IMG/VR virus record: IMGVR_UViG_3300048599_000066
Location: 1-44,968 of that record
Source: a virus
Lineage: Duplodnaviria; Caudoviricetes
Reading direction: 5' to 3' (one strand)
DNA length: 44,968 bases
How positions within the stretch are numbered: the first letter of the stretch is position 1; each line of letters starts with the position of its first letter. This document shows positions 26,097 to 34,968 of this stretch, in pieces. A model generated the notes under the pieces. That model saw nothing but the letters and a program-made list of their open reading frames with translations, did not search any database and was not told the DNA's origin. The translations under genes and the position numbers were made by a program.

Positions 26097-27448
26097 GGTC
26101 CGTCAAGAAGGGCGCCACCGATCAGACATTCTATTTCAAGATGATCGACAGCGCGGCCGGTACGCCGGAAACCGGGCTGACCATCACAAATCTGGACATC
26201 ACCTATGTCCGCAATCGCGCGGCGCATTCCAAGACCGACGCGACTGCGCTGTCGGCCGTGACCGATGCCCATTCCGACAACAAGGCGATTGAAGTGGACG
26301 CTACGCAGGCTCCCGGCCTCTATCGCGTCGATTTCCCGGACGCAGCGTTTGCAACCGGCGTTGATGACGTGATCCTGATCGTGACATGTTCTGGCTGCGA
26401 CCCGGCCATGATCGAGGTCATGCTGGTCGATAACATCGAGAAAGATACCTACGACCGCATCGGGGCGCCTGCGGGTGCGAGCATCGCCGCCGATCTTGTC
26501 ACGATTGATGATTTCCTCGACACGGAAATCGCGGCCATTGTAACCGCAACGGGTGCGGCCGCTATTCGCTCCGCTGTAGGGCTGGCCTCGGCCAATCTCG
26601 ATACGCAGCTCGCGGCAATCGACGATCTTGTCGATACCGAGGTTGCGGCCATCAAGACCGTTGTGGACGCGATTGAGGTTGACACGCAAGACATTCAGGG
26701 CCGTCTGCCGGCCGCGCTGGTTTCGGGGCGGATTGATGCTTCCGTTGGGGCGATGGCGGCGAACGTCCTGACGGCCAGCGCCATTGCTGCGGACGCCATC
26801 ACTGACGCCAAGGTGGCGAGCGATGTCACGATCGCGAGCGTTACCGGGGCTGTCGGTTCTGTCACGGGCAACGTGGGCGGGAACGTCACCGGCTCGGTCG
26901 GCTCCATTGCAACGGGCGGCATTGCTGCGGCGAGCTTCGCAGCTGGCGCCATCGATGCGGCGGCTATTGCGACCAACGCCATCGGCTCCGACGAACTTGC
27001 GGCCTCCGCCATCACCGAAATCCAGTCCGGCCTTGCCACATCCGCCGCGCTTACCACGGTCGAAGGCAAAATCGACACGATAGATGGTATCGTCGATAGC
27101 ATCCTGGTCGATACGGCAGAGATCGGGGCGGCGGGTGCCGGATTAACGGTCCTTGCCACTCAGGCAAGCGTCAACACAATTGACGATTTCCTCGATACCG
27201 AGATAGCGGCAATCAAGGCCAAGACCGACAATCTGCCTTCCGACCCGGCAGACGCAAGCGTGGTCGCGGGGCTTATCGCTGCGGCGGAAGCCAAGATCGA
27301 CATCATCGACACGACCGCCGACGCCATCAAGGCAAAGACGGACAGCCTGACTTTTGCGGTCGCCGGGCAGGTCGATGCCAATATTCAATATGTCAATAAC
27401 ACGCAGGTAACAGGCGCCGGCACGACTGGCGACCCGTGGGGGCCGTAA
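26093..27448 (+). CDS. Virion structural/fibre protein with internal repeats
   Basis: PGLYRVDFPDAAFA domain; repeated (T/A)IDD(F/L)(L/V)DTE(I/V)AAI units; GSVTGNVGGNVTGSVGS. Confidence 0.7.
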   Translation: MRSVKKGATDQTFYFKMIDSAAGTPETGLTITNLDITYVRNRAAHSKTDATALSAVTDAHSDNKAIEVDATQAPGLYRVDFPDAAFATGVDDVILIVTCSGCDPAMIEVMLVDNIEKDTYDRIGAPAGASIAADLVTIDDFLDTEIAAIVTATGAAAIRSAVGLASANLDTQLAAIDDLVDTEVAAIKTVVDAIEVDTQDIQGRLPAALVSGRIDASVGAMAANVLTASAIAADAITDAKVASDVTIASVTGAVGSVTGNVGGNVTGSVGSIATGGIAAASFAAGAIDAAAIATNAIGSDELAASAITEIQSGLATSAALTTVEGKIDTIDGIVDSILVDTAEIGAAGAGLTVLATQASVNTIDDFLDTEIAAIKAKTDNLPSDPADASVVAGLIAAAEAKIDIIDTTADAIKAKTDSLTFAVAGQVDANIQYVNNTQVTGAGTTGDPWGP

Positions 27449-27649
27449 GTGGCAAGCGCGTGGGGCCTTGCGTGGGGTGACGCATGGGGCGAGTCGTGGG
27501 TTGCTGGTGCGGTCGCCGCGTTCAGCCCGTCGCCACGTTTTTTCAATGTCGGCAGCGAGGACCGAACCATCCACGCCCCGTATGAAAACCGATCCATCTC
27601 GGTTGCGTCCGAAAACAGAACCATCAATGCGACTGAGGGCGCGTCATGA
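27449..27649 (+). CDS. Small structural protein
   Basis: SAWGLAWGDAWGESW (xWG repeats); GTG start. Confidence 0.6.
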   Translation: MASAWGLAWGDAWGESWVAGAVAAFSPSPRFFNVGSEDRTIHAPYENRSISVASENRTINATEGAS

Positions 27650-27939
27650 ATTTGTTGTTACCCGATGGCTATTGGCCCGACAAAGACCCGGATGAGGTTC
27701 TTGATTACGATATCAACTGGTCGAAGCGTCTTGCGAGCGGCGAAACCATTTCAACGTCAACTTGGTCCGTTGTTTCGGGCTCGGTCACCATCAATTCCGA
27801 CGCTACATCAAGCCCGCGCACAAAGGTGTGGCTGCAGGGCGGATCGCTTGGTGAAACATGCAAGGTCCAAAACCGCGTCGTGACATCGGCAAGCCGAACG
27901 ATGGACCAAAGCGGATACCTGCGCATTTGCAGCAAATAG
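27646..27939 (+). CDS. Fibre-tail adaptor-like protein
   Basis: KDPDEVLDYDINW..ETISTSTW..KVWLQGG..NRVVTSASRT. Confidence 0.7.
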   Translation: MNLLLPDGYWPDKDPDEVLDYDINWSKRLASGETISTSTWSVVSGSVTINSDATSSPRTKVWLQGGSLGETCKVQNRVVTSASRTMDQSGYLRICSK

Positions 27940-27946
27940 GTTTGGC

Positions 27947-28063
27947 ATGAAAAAGACTCTGATCGCAGCCGCCGTTGTCGTCGGCATTCCATCGCTCATT
28001 CTGATTGGGTGGATCGCCATCATCTATCTATCTGCGCTCGCCAATAAAGGCTGGTTCGGATGA
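27947..28063 (+). CDS. Small membrane protein
   Basis: MKKTLIAAAVVVGIPSLILIGWIAIIYLSALANKGWFG. Confidence 0.55.
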   Translation: MKKTLIAAAVVVGIPSLILIGWIAIIYLSALANKGWFG

Positions 28064-28158
28064 GCAAGAAGACGATGTTTCTGATAGCAGCCGCCCTTGT
28101 GGCGGCTTTTTTGTTGCTCGTTCATTTCGTCATCGGTGACGCATGGGGGATGGCATGA
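28060..28158 (+). CDS. Small membrane protein
   Basis: MSKKTMFLIAAALVAAFLLLVHFVIGDAWGMA; ATGA overlaps at both ends. Confidence 0.55.
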   Translation: MSKKTMFLIAAALVAAFLLLVHFVIGDAWGMA

Positions 28159-29249
28159 GTTGGCGCGTCGCCAAGTCCCTTGAGAAACTGCGGACGCAAG
28201 TCAATGCGTCGGCTCCGCTGCGATCCAAGGCAAGCGACGGCTCGATTGGTGACGCCGCGCACGCCTCCCGCGCGTCGGATCATAACCCCTATATCAAGGA
28301 CAAGAATGGCGTCGGCGTGGTCCGCGCCATCGACATCACGCACGATCCTGACGGCGGGTTTGACAGCTACGATTTCGCGGAACATCTGCGCAAGACCGGC
28401 GACAAGCGCATAACCTATATCATCTCGAACAAGAAAATAGCGAACCCCGGACAGGCTTGGCGGAAATACACGGGAACGAACCCGCACGACCACCACGTTC
28501 ATGTATCAGTCAGCGAGACACCCGCGCTTTACGATGATGCGAGCGAATGGGACATCGGCGCGCGGCCCAAGGGCGCCGTTGCGCAGATCGTCGGCAAGAT
28601 TGTCGATGTTATCAGCCCGCCGCCAGCAATCCTGAAAGTCGGCAGCAAGGGCGCGGCCGTCAAGGAATTGCAAACCCTGCTCGGCATCGCCGCTGACGGC
28701 GCCTTCGGCCCGTTTACCGAGAAGGCCGTTCGCGCGTTTCAGGCGGCTAACGGTCTGGCCGTTGATGGAATGGCCGGACCCTACACGCTCTCAAAACTCA
28801 AAGAGGCAAAGAAACCGGCCGACATATTCGACCGCGTTATGGTCTGGGTATTCGAGGACGAGGGCGGCGTCACGATCAGTCCCGACGAGCCGGGAGGCAT
28901 CTCGACATTCGGCGTCAGCCGCACGTCATATTCCGAATACATGGGGCGCCCGGTTTCTGTCGAATCGATGAAGGTTCTCACCAGATCGGAAGCCACGAAA
29001 TTCTACCGCGACAAATTCTGGAACGTCATCGCAACCGACAAGCCTGCCGGGCTTCGCTACGCGGCGTTTGATTGGGCCATCAATAGCGGGCCGAAATTCG
29101 TCAACCAGCGCCTTCCGAATGATCCGACCATCGATGCGCTTTGCGACGACCGTCTTTCCTATCTGCGAACGCTAACGACCTGGCCGAAGTACGGCAAGGG
29201 CTGGACGAGCCGCGTTGAGCGGGTTCGCGAGCGCGCCAAGCAACTCTGA
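28155..29249 (+). CDS. Modular endolysin: M15-like peptidase + PG-binding + GH108 muramidase
   Basis: SDHNP..RAIDIT..HDHHVHVS; LKVGSKGAAVKELQ..DGAFGPFTEKAVRAFQ..DGMAGP; EGG..DEPGGISTFGV; KYGKGWTSRV. Confidence 0.85.
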   Translation: MSWRVAKSLEKLRTQVNASAPLRSKASDGSIGDAAHASRASDHNPYIKDKNGVGVVRAIDITHDPDGGFDSYDFAEHLRKTGDKRITYIISNKKIANPGQAWRKYTGTNPHDHHVHVSVSETPALYDDASEWDIGARPKGAVAQIVGKIVDVISPPPAILKVGSKGAAVKELQTLLGIAADGAFGPFTEKAVRAFQAANGLAVDGMAGPYTLSKLKEAKKPADIFDRVMVWVFEDEGGVTISPDEPGGISTFGVSRTSYSEYMGRPVSVESMKVLTRSEATKFYRDKFWNVIATDKPAGLRYAAFDWAINSGPKFVNQRLPNDPTIDALCDDRLSYLRTLTTWPKYGKGWTSRVERVRERAKQL

Positions 29250-29258
29250 GACAATCAA

Positions 29259-29750
29259 ATGATCTACGTGTTCCCGATGTACGGCCTCGGAGGCCGCATA
29301 TGGTCGTGGGCTATTGAGGATTATGTAGCCGCATCCCTGCGCAAGATCGATGGCGTGACCGTCGATCCGACGCGCGGTTATTCGCAATGGCGAACCATCG
29401 TGGCGCGGATAAATTCGCTGAAGCCCGGCTCGAAAGTCGTCGTTATCGGGCATTCGATGGGCGCGGCTTCCGCAACCTATGTGACCGATCACGTTCATTG
29501 CGATCTGGTCGTTTGCTACGATTCTGCCGGGCAGGGCTGTTCCTACATCGGGCGCAATTGCGAGAAGCTTCTGGATTTCTACGACCGCGCCTTTGCGCTG
29601 GTCCCAAAAACCAGACCCAAGGCATTGCCGGGTCACAAGCACAAGATCGTTCAGACCATCACGTTGGACGGGCACACGGGGCAGCCGTCCGATCCGAAAC
29701 TGCTTCGCCTCGTTGTCGATGAAATCCAGAAAATGAAAGGGACTAAATAA
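29259..29750 (+). CDS. Alpha/beta hydrolase (LysB-like esterase)
   Basis: VVVIGHSMGA nucleophile elbow; candidate Asp (YDS) and His (DGHT). Confidence 0.8.
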   Translation: MIYVFPMYGLGGRIWSWAIEDYVAASLRKIDGVTVDPTRGYSQWRTIVARINSLKPGSKVVVIGHSMGAASATYVTDHVHCDLVVCYDSAGQGCSYIGRNCEKLLDFYDRAFALVPKTRPKALPGHKHKIVQTITLDGHTGQPSDPKLLRLVVDEIQKMKGTK

Positions 29751-29911
29751 TGGATACCGTTCTCTCTGTTACCCGCCATATCGGCCAGTTGCTCGCCGGT
29801 TATCTCGTGTCCAAGGGCGTGATTGACGGCAGCATGACCGAAACCGTCATTGGCGCGCTGGTCAGCATCGCCACCCTCGGCTGGTACTTCTATTCCAAGA
29901 AGAAGGCATGA
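29750..29911 (+). CDS. Holin (small two-TM type)
   Basis: MDTVLSVTRHIGQLLAGYLVSKGVIDGSMTETVIGALVSIATLGWYFYSKKKA. Confidence 0.7.
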   Translation: MDTVLSVTRHIGQLLAGYLVSKGVIDGSMTETVIGALVSIATLGWYFYSKKKA

Positions 29912-30222
29912 ACCTTCTCTCAATCATCGCGTCCGTCCTGAAGCTCCTGCAATGGTTCGCGTCCTTTATCGAGGGCGAGAAAAACAAGCAGGCCGGGCGC
30001 GATGAAATCTCCGCACAGGTGAACAAGGAAGCCGCCGATGCTGAAAAACGCATGGCCGAGGTTGCCGATAATCCTAGCGATGACGCTATTGCTGACCGGA
30101 TGTCAAACGGCACGTTCCTCCATAGTCAAAATATCGTGCCCGACGATCAAGCAATACGATCAGGCGACACTCGACAAGGCGCTGTCCGAATACCGACTTT
30201 TGGCAAGTGGTTCCGCGATTAA
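29908..30222 (+). CDS. i-spanin (Rz-like)
   Basis: N-terminal TM then coiled coil; overlaps a lipoprotein ORF. Confidence 0.65.
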   Translation: MNLLSIIASVLKLLQWFASFIEGEKNKQAGRDEISAQVNKEAADAEKRMAEVADNPSDDAIADRMSNGTFLHSQNIVPDDQAIRSGDTRQGAVRIPTFGKWFRD

Positions 30223-30280
30223 GGGGATGATCGCGGATTACCAGGTTTTGCGCGATAGGGTGCGGGCGTGTCGGGGATGA
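30038..30280 (+). CDS. o-spanin lipoprotein (Rz1-like)
   Basis: Signal peptide with lipobox LLTG-C; lies in the +1 frame of Rz. Confidence 0.7.
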   Translation: MLKNAWPRLPIILAMTLLLTGCQTARSSIVKISCPTIKQYDQATLDKALSEYRLLASGSAIKGMIADYQVLRDRVRACRG

Positions 30281-30528
30281 GCAAGGACGACATCGAAGCA
30301 ATCGCTGAAGAAGCGGCCGACAAGGCCATTCACCGGCTGTTTCTCACGCTCGGAATCGATGTCACGGATTCAAAGGACGTGATCGCCCTGCAAGCAGACT
30401 TGAAGCACGTCAGGGTATGGCGCGAAAGCACAAAGACAGTGAAAGACCACGCATTGAGAACCGCAATCGGCGTCATCGTTGCCGGCGGGCTTGGCTGGAT
30501 CGGGCTGTTATTCTGGAAGGGACACTGA
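30277..30528 (+). CDS. Membrane-anchored hypothetical protein
   Basis: C-terminal TM AIGVIVAGGLGWIGLLFW. Confidence 0.7.
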   Translation: MSKDDIEAIAEEAADKAIHRLFLTLGIDVTDSKDVIALQADLKHVRVWRESTKTVKDHALRTAIGVIVAGGLGWIGLLFWKGH

Positions 30529-31175
30529 TGGCAAGATTCTGGTGCGTCCTGTTATGCGCCGTTATCTCTGCCATCCTCGCCTTTCTGGTTATCGTACAGG
30601 CTGGCAAGAAGCGCGACCGCCTCTCTGGTTCGACGGTCAAGATCGTGGCTGGGCCGGGCCACGGTTCCGGCTTTCATATCGGTAATCGCTTCGTGGTCAC
30701 GGCGGCTCATGTCGTGGGTGAAGCGAAAACGATAACGCTCAAGATCGAATCCGGCCGCGTCGTCAATGCGGCGGTGTTGTGGACCAACGAGGAATATGAC
30801 CTCGCGTTGCTGCGGGCGGACACATTGCCGGACGTTGCGGTGTCGCGGCTCAATTGCGATCCGGTAACCATCGGCCAGCCGCTTCATGTGGTCGGCAATC
30901 CCGGTCCGTTCGAATGGGTGCATTCGTGGGGGCATGTATCGTCCGACGCCCGCGAGTTGTTCCGCTGGAAACTCGCATTCATGGCGACGCCCGGCATTCA
31001 GCCCGGATCGTCCGGCGGTCCTGCGCTTGACGTTCACGGCCGCGCCGTTGGCGTCGTGGTCGGTATCAGTCTGGTCAATCTGTCGTCGATGTTCGCAGCG
31101 CCGGGTCCGTTTGCGATTGTGGTTCCCGGTTCTGCGGTTTGTCTATTGCTCGCGCGTCCCCGCAACGGCGAATGA
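30528..31175 (+). CDS. Trypsin-like serine protease with N-terminal TM
   Basis: GSGF, VTAAHVV (His), YDLALL (Asp), PGSSGGP (Ser). Confidence 0.9.
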   Translation: MARFWCVLLCAVISAILAFLVIVQAGKKRDRLSGSTVKIVAGPGHGSGFHIGNRFVVTAAHVVGEAKTITLKIESGRVVNAAVLWTNEEYDLALLRADTLPDVAVSRLNCDPVTIGQPLHVVGNPGPFEWVHSWGHVSSDARELFRWKLAFMATPGIQPGSSGGPALDVHGRAVGVVVGISLVNLSSMFAAPGPFAIVVPGSAVCLLLARPRNGE

Positions 31176-31918
31176 GGCCCCGGTTGAAAAAGCCGCGCAT
31201 CGCCTTTTACGACCTTGAAAACGCCCCGTCTCTGGGCTGGTACTATGACCGATATAAAGAGGGAAACATAGTCGCAGACGAACAAGACTGGTTCATGTTG
31301 TCCTTTGCGTGGCAATGGAAGGACGAAACCAGAGTTCATTGCAAGGCGCTCTGCGACTATCCCGGATACGCAAAAAACAAAACCGACGACAGTCCCCTCA
31401 TCAAAGACCTGCACAAGCTTTTTGATGAGGCGGACATACTCATTGCCCATAACGGGGATCGATTTGATCGACGCAAGTCCAACAGTCGATTTCTCGGCTG
31501 CGGCCTTCCCCCACCATCCCCATACAAAACAATCGACACGCTGAAAGTCGCGCGCCGGCAATTCATGCAGGGCAGCAACAGCCTGCAATCCCTTGGCGAG
31601 TTCCTGGGGCTTGGCGGCAAGCTCCCGACAACCGGCTGGCACACATGGCGCGGCTGCATCGACGGCGATCCGAAGGCGTGGGCGGCAATCAAGAAATACA
31701 ACAAGCGCGACGTGTCTTTGCTTCGTGGTGTCTATGAGAAACTGATTCCGTGGATACCGAACCATCCTGACATGCGGGTCTATACCGGCAAGGCGTCCTG
31801 CCGTAACTGCGGCTCGCATGATCTGCAAATGCGAGGCGAGGAGCGCACGCTAACGACCATCAAGCAACGCTATCGCTGTAACCAATGTTACCATTGGGGC
31901 AGCATTCCTAAGTCTTGA
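31172..31918 (+). CDS. RNase H-like (DnaQ/DEDD) exonuclease with C-terminal Zn ribbon
   Basis: YDLEN, AHNGDRFD, IDTLK, YNKRDV; CRNC..CNQC. Confidence 0.85.
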   Translation: MRPRLKKPRIAFYDLENAPSLGWYYDRYKEGNIVADEQDWFMLSFAWQWKDETRVHCKALCDYPGYAKNKTDDSPLIKDLHKLFDEADILIAHNGDRFDRRKSNSRFLGCGLPPPSPYKTIDTLKVARRQFMQGSNSLQSLGEFLGLGGKLPTTGWHTWRGCIDGDPKAWAAIKKYNKRDVSLLRGVYEKLIPWIPNHPDMRVYTGKASCRNCGSHDLQMRGEERTLTTIKQRYRCNQCYHWGSIPKS

Positions 31919-32435
31919 AGTTAAGCCTCGCGAACTTGCCGTGGATTCGCTTTGCGGCGGCGTCATACGCCAATGCCGCGTCCGCTTCTCGTATGTGGCT
32001 ACCTAGAGACTTTTGCCGCCCGCGTTCCCAGATAGTCGCGCGCCACTTCCCCCTGGTGGCATTCCATGAGACGCCGAGAAAATTACTGGTCCCGTTTTTT
32101 GTTGCTGACTTGTTGCACACGTTTTGCGCTTGCGTGGCCTCTCTCAGATTGGCGATTCGGTTATCTGATGGGTTTCCGTTGATGTGGTCGATTGTTTCTC
32201 TCGGCCACGCCCCCGTGTATATCGCCCATATCACCCTATGGGCGAAGTACTTGTGACAAAGGATATGGCCGTTCTTGTAGCCTATCCCGTTGTCCGCCGT
32301 AAGCGCCTCCTTACCGGCGAACCTCACATTGAATCTCTTATTCCCGGCCGTCGTGTTGGGGCGCGGCAACCAAAATAACTTCCCCGTCTCGGGTTCGTAT
32401 CGCAGCAACTTTCGCAGGGTCTCGACATCAATCAT
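31908..32435 (-). CDS. HNH homing endonuclease with AP2 domain
   Basis: LRYEPETGKL, AHRVIW, IDHINGNPSDNRIANLR, GVSW..W.A.I..AALAYDAAA..HGKFARLNF. Confidence 0.9.
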   Translation of the reverse strand: MIDVETLRKLLRYEPETGKLFWLPRPNTTAGNKRFNVRFAGKEALTADNGIGYKNGHILCHKYFAHRVIWAIYTGAWPRETIDHINGNPSDNRIANLREATQAQNVCNKSATKNGTSNFLGVSWNATRGKWRATIWERGRQKSLGSHIREADAALAYDAAAKRIHGKFARLNFKT

Positions 32436-32748
32436 GAAATCCGTCCGGATTGGTCCCCACATCTACCCGATAATATATGTCGAGAAGGTAGATGAGGAAG
32501 ACTCGTGGGGCCACTATTCGCAGGCAAAGCAAACCATTGAGTTGGCTAACGCCCTGCTGCCGCCCGGCAGCAAGTGGGCGGAAATTCTCCTGCATGAAAT
32601 CAGCCACGGCATTATTGACAACATGGATGCGGAATTTCCTAGCGAGGAAGCCGAGGAACGTGCAACCCGTAAATTTGCGCTCGGGCTGACGCAGGTGCTC
32701 AAAGACAACAAGACCCTATTCCGCGCGATCCTCAAGGCCCTCAAATGA
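32434..32748 (+). CDS. HEXXH metallopeptidase-like protein
   Basis: EILLHEISHGI motif with downstream EE. Confidence 0.8.
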   Translation: MKSVRIGPHIYPIIYVEKVDEEDSWGHYSQAKQTIELANALLPPGSKWAEILLHEISHGIIDNMDAEFPSEEAEERATRKFALGLTQVLKDNKTLFRAILKALK

Positions 32749-32837
32749 CCTTCTGGCAAGTGGCGCTGGACGCCGCTCCGGTCGTTCTAATGGCCCTCGC
32801 GATTGTGTTCATTCCTGTCGCCGGGGATATGCCGTGA
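32745..32837 (+). CDS. Tiny membrane protein
   Basis: MTFWQVALDAAPVVLMALAIVFIPVAGDMP; ATGA overlap. Confidence 0.45.
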   Translation: MTFWQVALDAAPVVLMALAIVFIPVAGDMP

Positions 32838-32997
32838 AAGAATTAAAATACTACGCCCGCACCGTATATCTCCGCAAAGACCATAGCGGATTAACGGTAG
32901 TCGCCATACATACGCAAGATTCAGAACTCGTTGAAATCTACCTGGGCGAAGCTCAGGCGAAACTCGTTGAACCAGAAATCGTGGAGTCTCCCTGCGC

Positions 32998-33201
32998 ATG
33001 AACCTCGAAATCGACTTCCCCAAAGTTTACTGGCAAGAGGGCGACAACTGGATTTTATCATATGTCGAGGCGGGGAGGGCGAAGCAGTTTTCAATCTCAA
33101 AGCGCAACGCGGCTATTCTGGCTAAGTCTCTCGGGGACGCATTCGAACGGGAGTTCCGCGACAAGAAACTAGTGGAGTGGGAGCGGAGAGTAGCGGTTTA
33201 G
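32998..33201 (+). CDS. Hypothetical protein
   Basis: GGAG RBS; 67 aa. Confidence 0.55.
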   Translation: MNLEIDFPKVYWQEGDNWILSYVEAGRAKQFSISKRNAAILAKSLGDAFEREFRDKKLVEWERRVAV

Positions 33202-33255
33202 TCGTACAGTGGCGTTACTTGCCGTCTGCGACATCGGCGAAATGTCACAGGTCGC

Positions 33256-33465
33256 TTATTCCTGATTGCGCGCAGAGTCCGGCCATGACCACTGTGTCGG
33301 GTTAGGGATATGGATTTCGCGACCCATCGTCCATACCGGGTCTTTTGCCACCCAATCGTCATCGATGATGTTGTAATACCCAAGCATCGGGTATTTTGCG
33401 TGCGGCCCGTTCAGTAGCAACGTGCTACCATCTTTCGGCGCTGTTTCGATTGGCTTCCAGTCCAT
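33256..33465 (-). CDS. DUF551-like phage protein
   Basis: MDWKPIETAPKDG..PTQW signature; GGAG RBS. Confidence 0.75.
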   Translation of the reverse strand: MDWKPIETAPKDGSTLLLNGPHAKYPMLGYYNIIDDDWVAKDPVWTMGREIHIPNPTQWSWPDSARNQE

Positions 33466-33578
33466 TGTTATTCTCCCTTAAATGGATCATGCCTATCCGG
33501 TTGACACCCACACACGCTTGGGCTAGTATCATGGGGCTTTCCGGGCAATCCAGCCCGCTCCCTATGGAGGGTTAATTC

Positions 33579-33833
33579 ATGATGCGCATCGGATCGATTC
33601 AGCGGGACATCCTCATGCTTCTTTATCGTTGCGGAGACACGGGGGCTTTTATTGGCTCCACAACCAAGGCCAGAGAATTGAGGGGCTACGATTTGGCCCA
33701 AGTCGAGCGGGCTCTTACTTCGTTGATTGGCCGAGGTCTGGTTCGGAAAGAGGGCATCCGATACATCATCTGCCCCACCGCGCGGAATTGGTGCTGGTAC
33801 GAAAAGAACCACGCACCTGCGGTTGGAAGCTGA
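33579..33833 (+). CDS. IS passenger, winged-helix-like protein
   Basis: GGAGG RBS; QRDILMLL..VERALTSLIGRGLVRKEG. Confidence 0.65.
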   Translation: MMRIGSIQRDILMLLYRCGDTGAFIGSTTKARELRGYDLAQVERALTSLIGRGLVRKEGIRYIICPTARNWCWYEKNHAPAVGS

Positions 33834-33836
33834 TTC

Positions 33837-34889
33837 ATGTCCCCGATCATCCTCCCCGACGTTCATCAATGGGAAAACCTGCCGTTTCCTAAGTCCTTGC
33901 CGGACTTCCAGCGACTGTTCCCCGACAACGCGGCCTGCGCCCTCTACCTTGAGGGCGCAAAGTGGCCGAAAGGATTCACCTGCCCGTGGTGTGGCGTAAA
34001 GCGCGACCCCTACCGGTTCGAAAACCGCCCCGGCGTGTTGCGTTGCAAGGCGTGCCGCAAAGACGTGGCGCTGACGGCCGGGAGCGTCATGGAGCGCACC
34101 CACACGCCGCTGACCGCATGGTTTTGGGGCGCGTATCTGGTTTCCAGCATGACGCCGGGAATGTCGGCCGTGCAGTTCCAGAGGCAGATAGGCTTGAGCC
34201 GGTACGAAACCGCCTTCCAAATCCTGCACAAGCTCCGGGCGGGCATGGTCCGGCAGGGCCGCGACCGGATCGGTGGCAACCTTGGCCGTGGCGATCATGT
34301 CGAGATGGACGAAACCTACATCGGCGGCGTGACGCGGGGTGAAGGTAAGGGCGTCCATGCCGACGAAAAGACGCTTGTGATAGGTGCCGTAGAGGTTCGC
34401 ACCCGCCCCGCCAAAAAGGGTGACAAGCCCGCACGCCGTGGTGGACGTTATGCCGGACGGCTGCGCTTGGAAATTGCGCCAACGCGCGGCGCTAAGTCTC
34501 TCAATTCTTTTGCGCAAAGCGCCATTGAGCCCGGCGCGATGGTCATCACGGATGCATGGGGCGGGTACAACGGCCTTGCCGCCTTGGGCTATGAACACTT
34601 GCCGGTCGTCGAAAGCAGCAACCCGGAAGTCGCCGAAGAATACCTGCCGATCATTCACCTTGTCTTTTCGAACCTGAAAGCGTGGCTGCAAGGCACGCAT
34701 CACGGCGCGGTCAGCCCGCAGCATCTGCAAGCCTACCTCAATGAATTTACGTTCCGCTTTAACCGGCGGTTCTACCCGTTCAATGCCTTTCGCAGCTTGC
34801 TCGGCATCGGCGCGAACGGGGAGGCCCCGACTTATGACGGGCTTTATCAAGGTACATGGAAACATCCGAGGGTTAGCAGTCATGACTGA
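33837..34889 (+). CDS. tnp: IS1595-family transposase
   Basis: Zn ribbon CPWC..CKAC, VEMDETYIGG, ITDAWGGY, HLQAYLNEFTFRFNRR. Confidence 0.95.
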   Translation: MSPIILPDVHQWENLPFPKSLPDFQRLFPDNAACALYLEGAKWPKGFTCPWCGVKRDPYRFENRPGVLRCKACRKDVALTAGSVMERTHTPLTAWFWGAYLVSSMTPGMSAVQFQRQIGLSRYETAFQILHKLRAGMVRQGRDRIGGNLGRGDHVEMDETYIGGVTRGEGKGVHADEKTLVIGAVEVRTRPAKKGDKPARRGGRYAGRLRLEIAPTRGAKSLNSFAQSAIEPGAMVITDAWGGYNGLAALGYEHLPVVESSNPEVAEEYLPIIHLVFSNLKAWLQGTHHGAVSPQHLQAYLNEFTFRFNRRFYPFNAFRSLLGIGANGEAPTYDGLYQGTWKHPRVSSHD

Positions 34890-34968
34890 GATCATCGCAA
34901 TTCTATTCTTCGTACTGGTCCCGCTATGGTTTATGTGGCCGCTGTGGCGTGACATGGACCATCGCTAG
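34882..34968 (+). CDS. IS passenger, tiny membrane peptide
   Basis: MTEIIAILFFVLVPLWFMWPLWRDMDHR. Confidence 0.45.
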   Translation: MTEIIAILFFVLVPLWFMWPLWRDMDHR

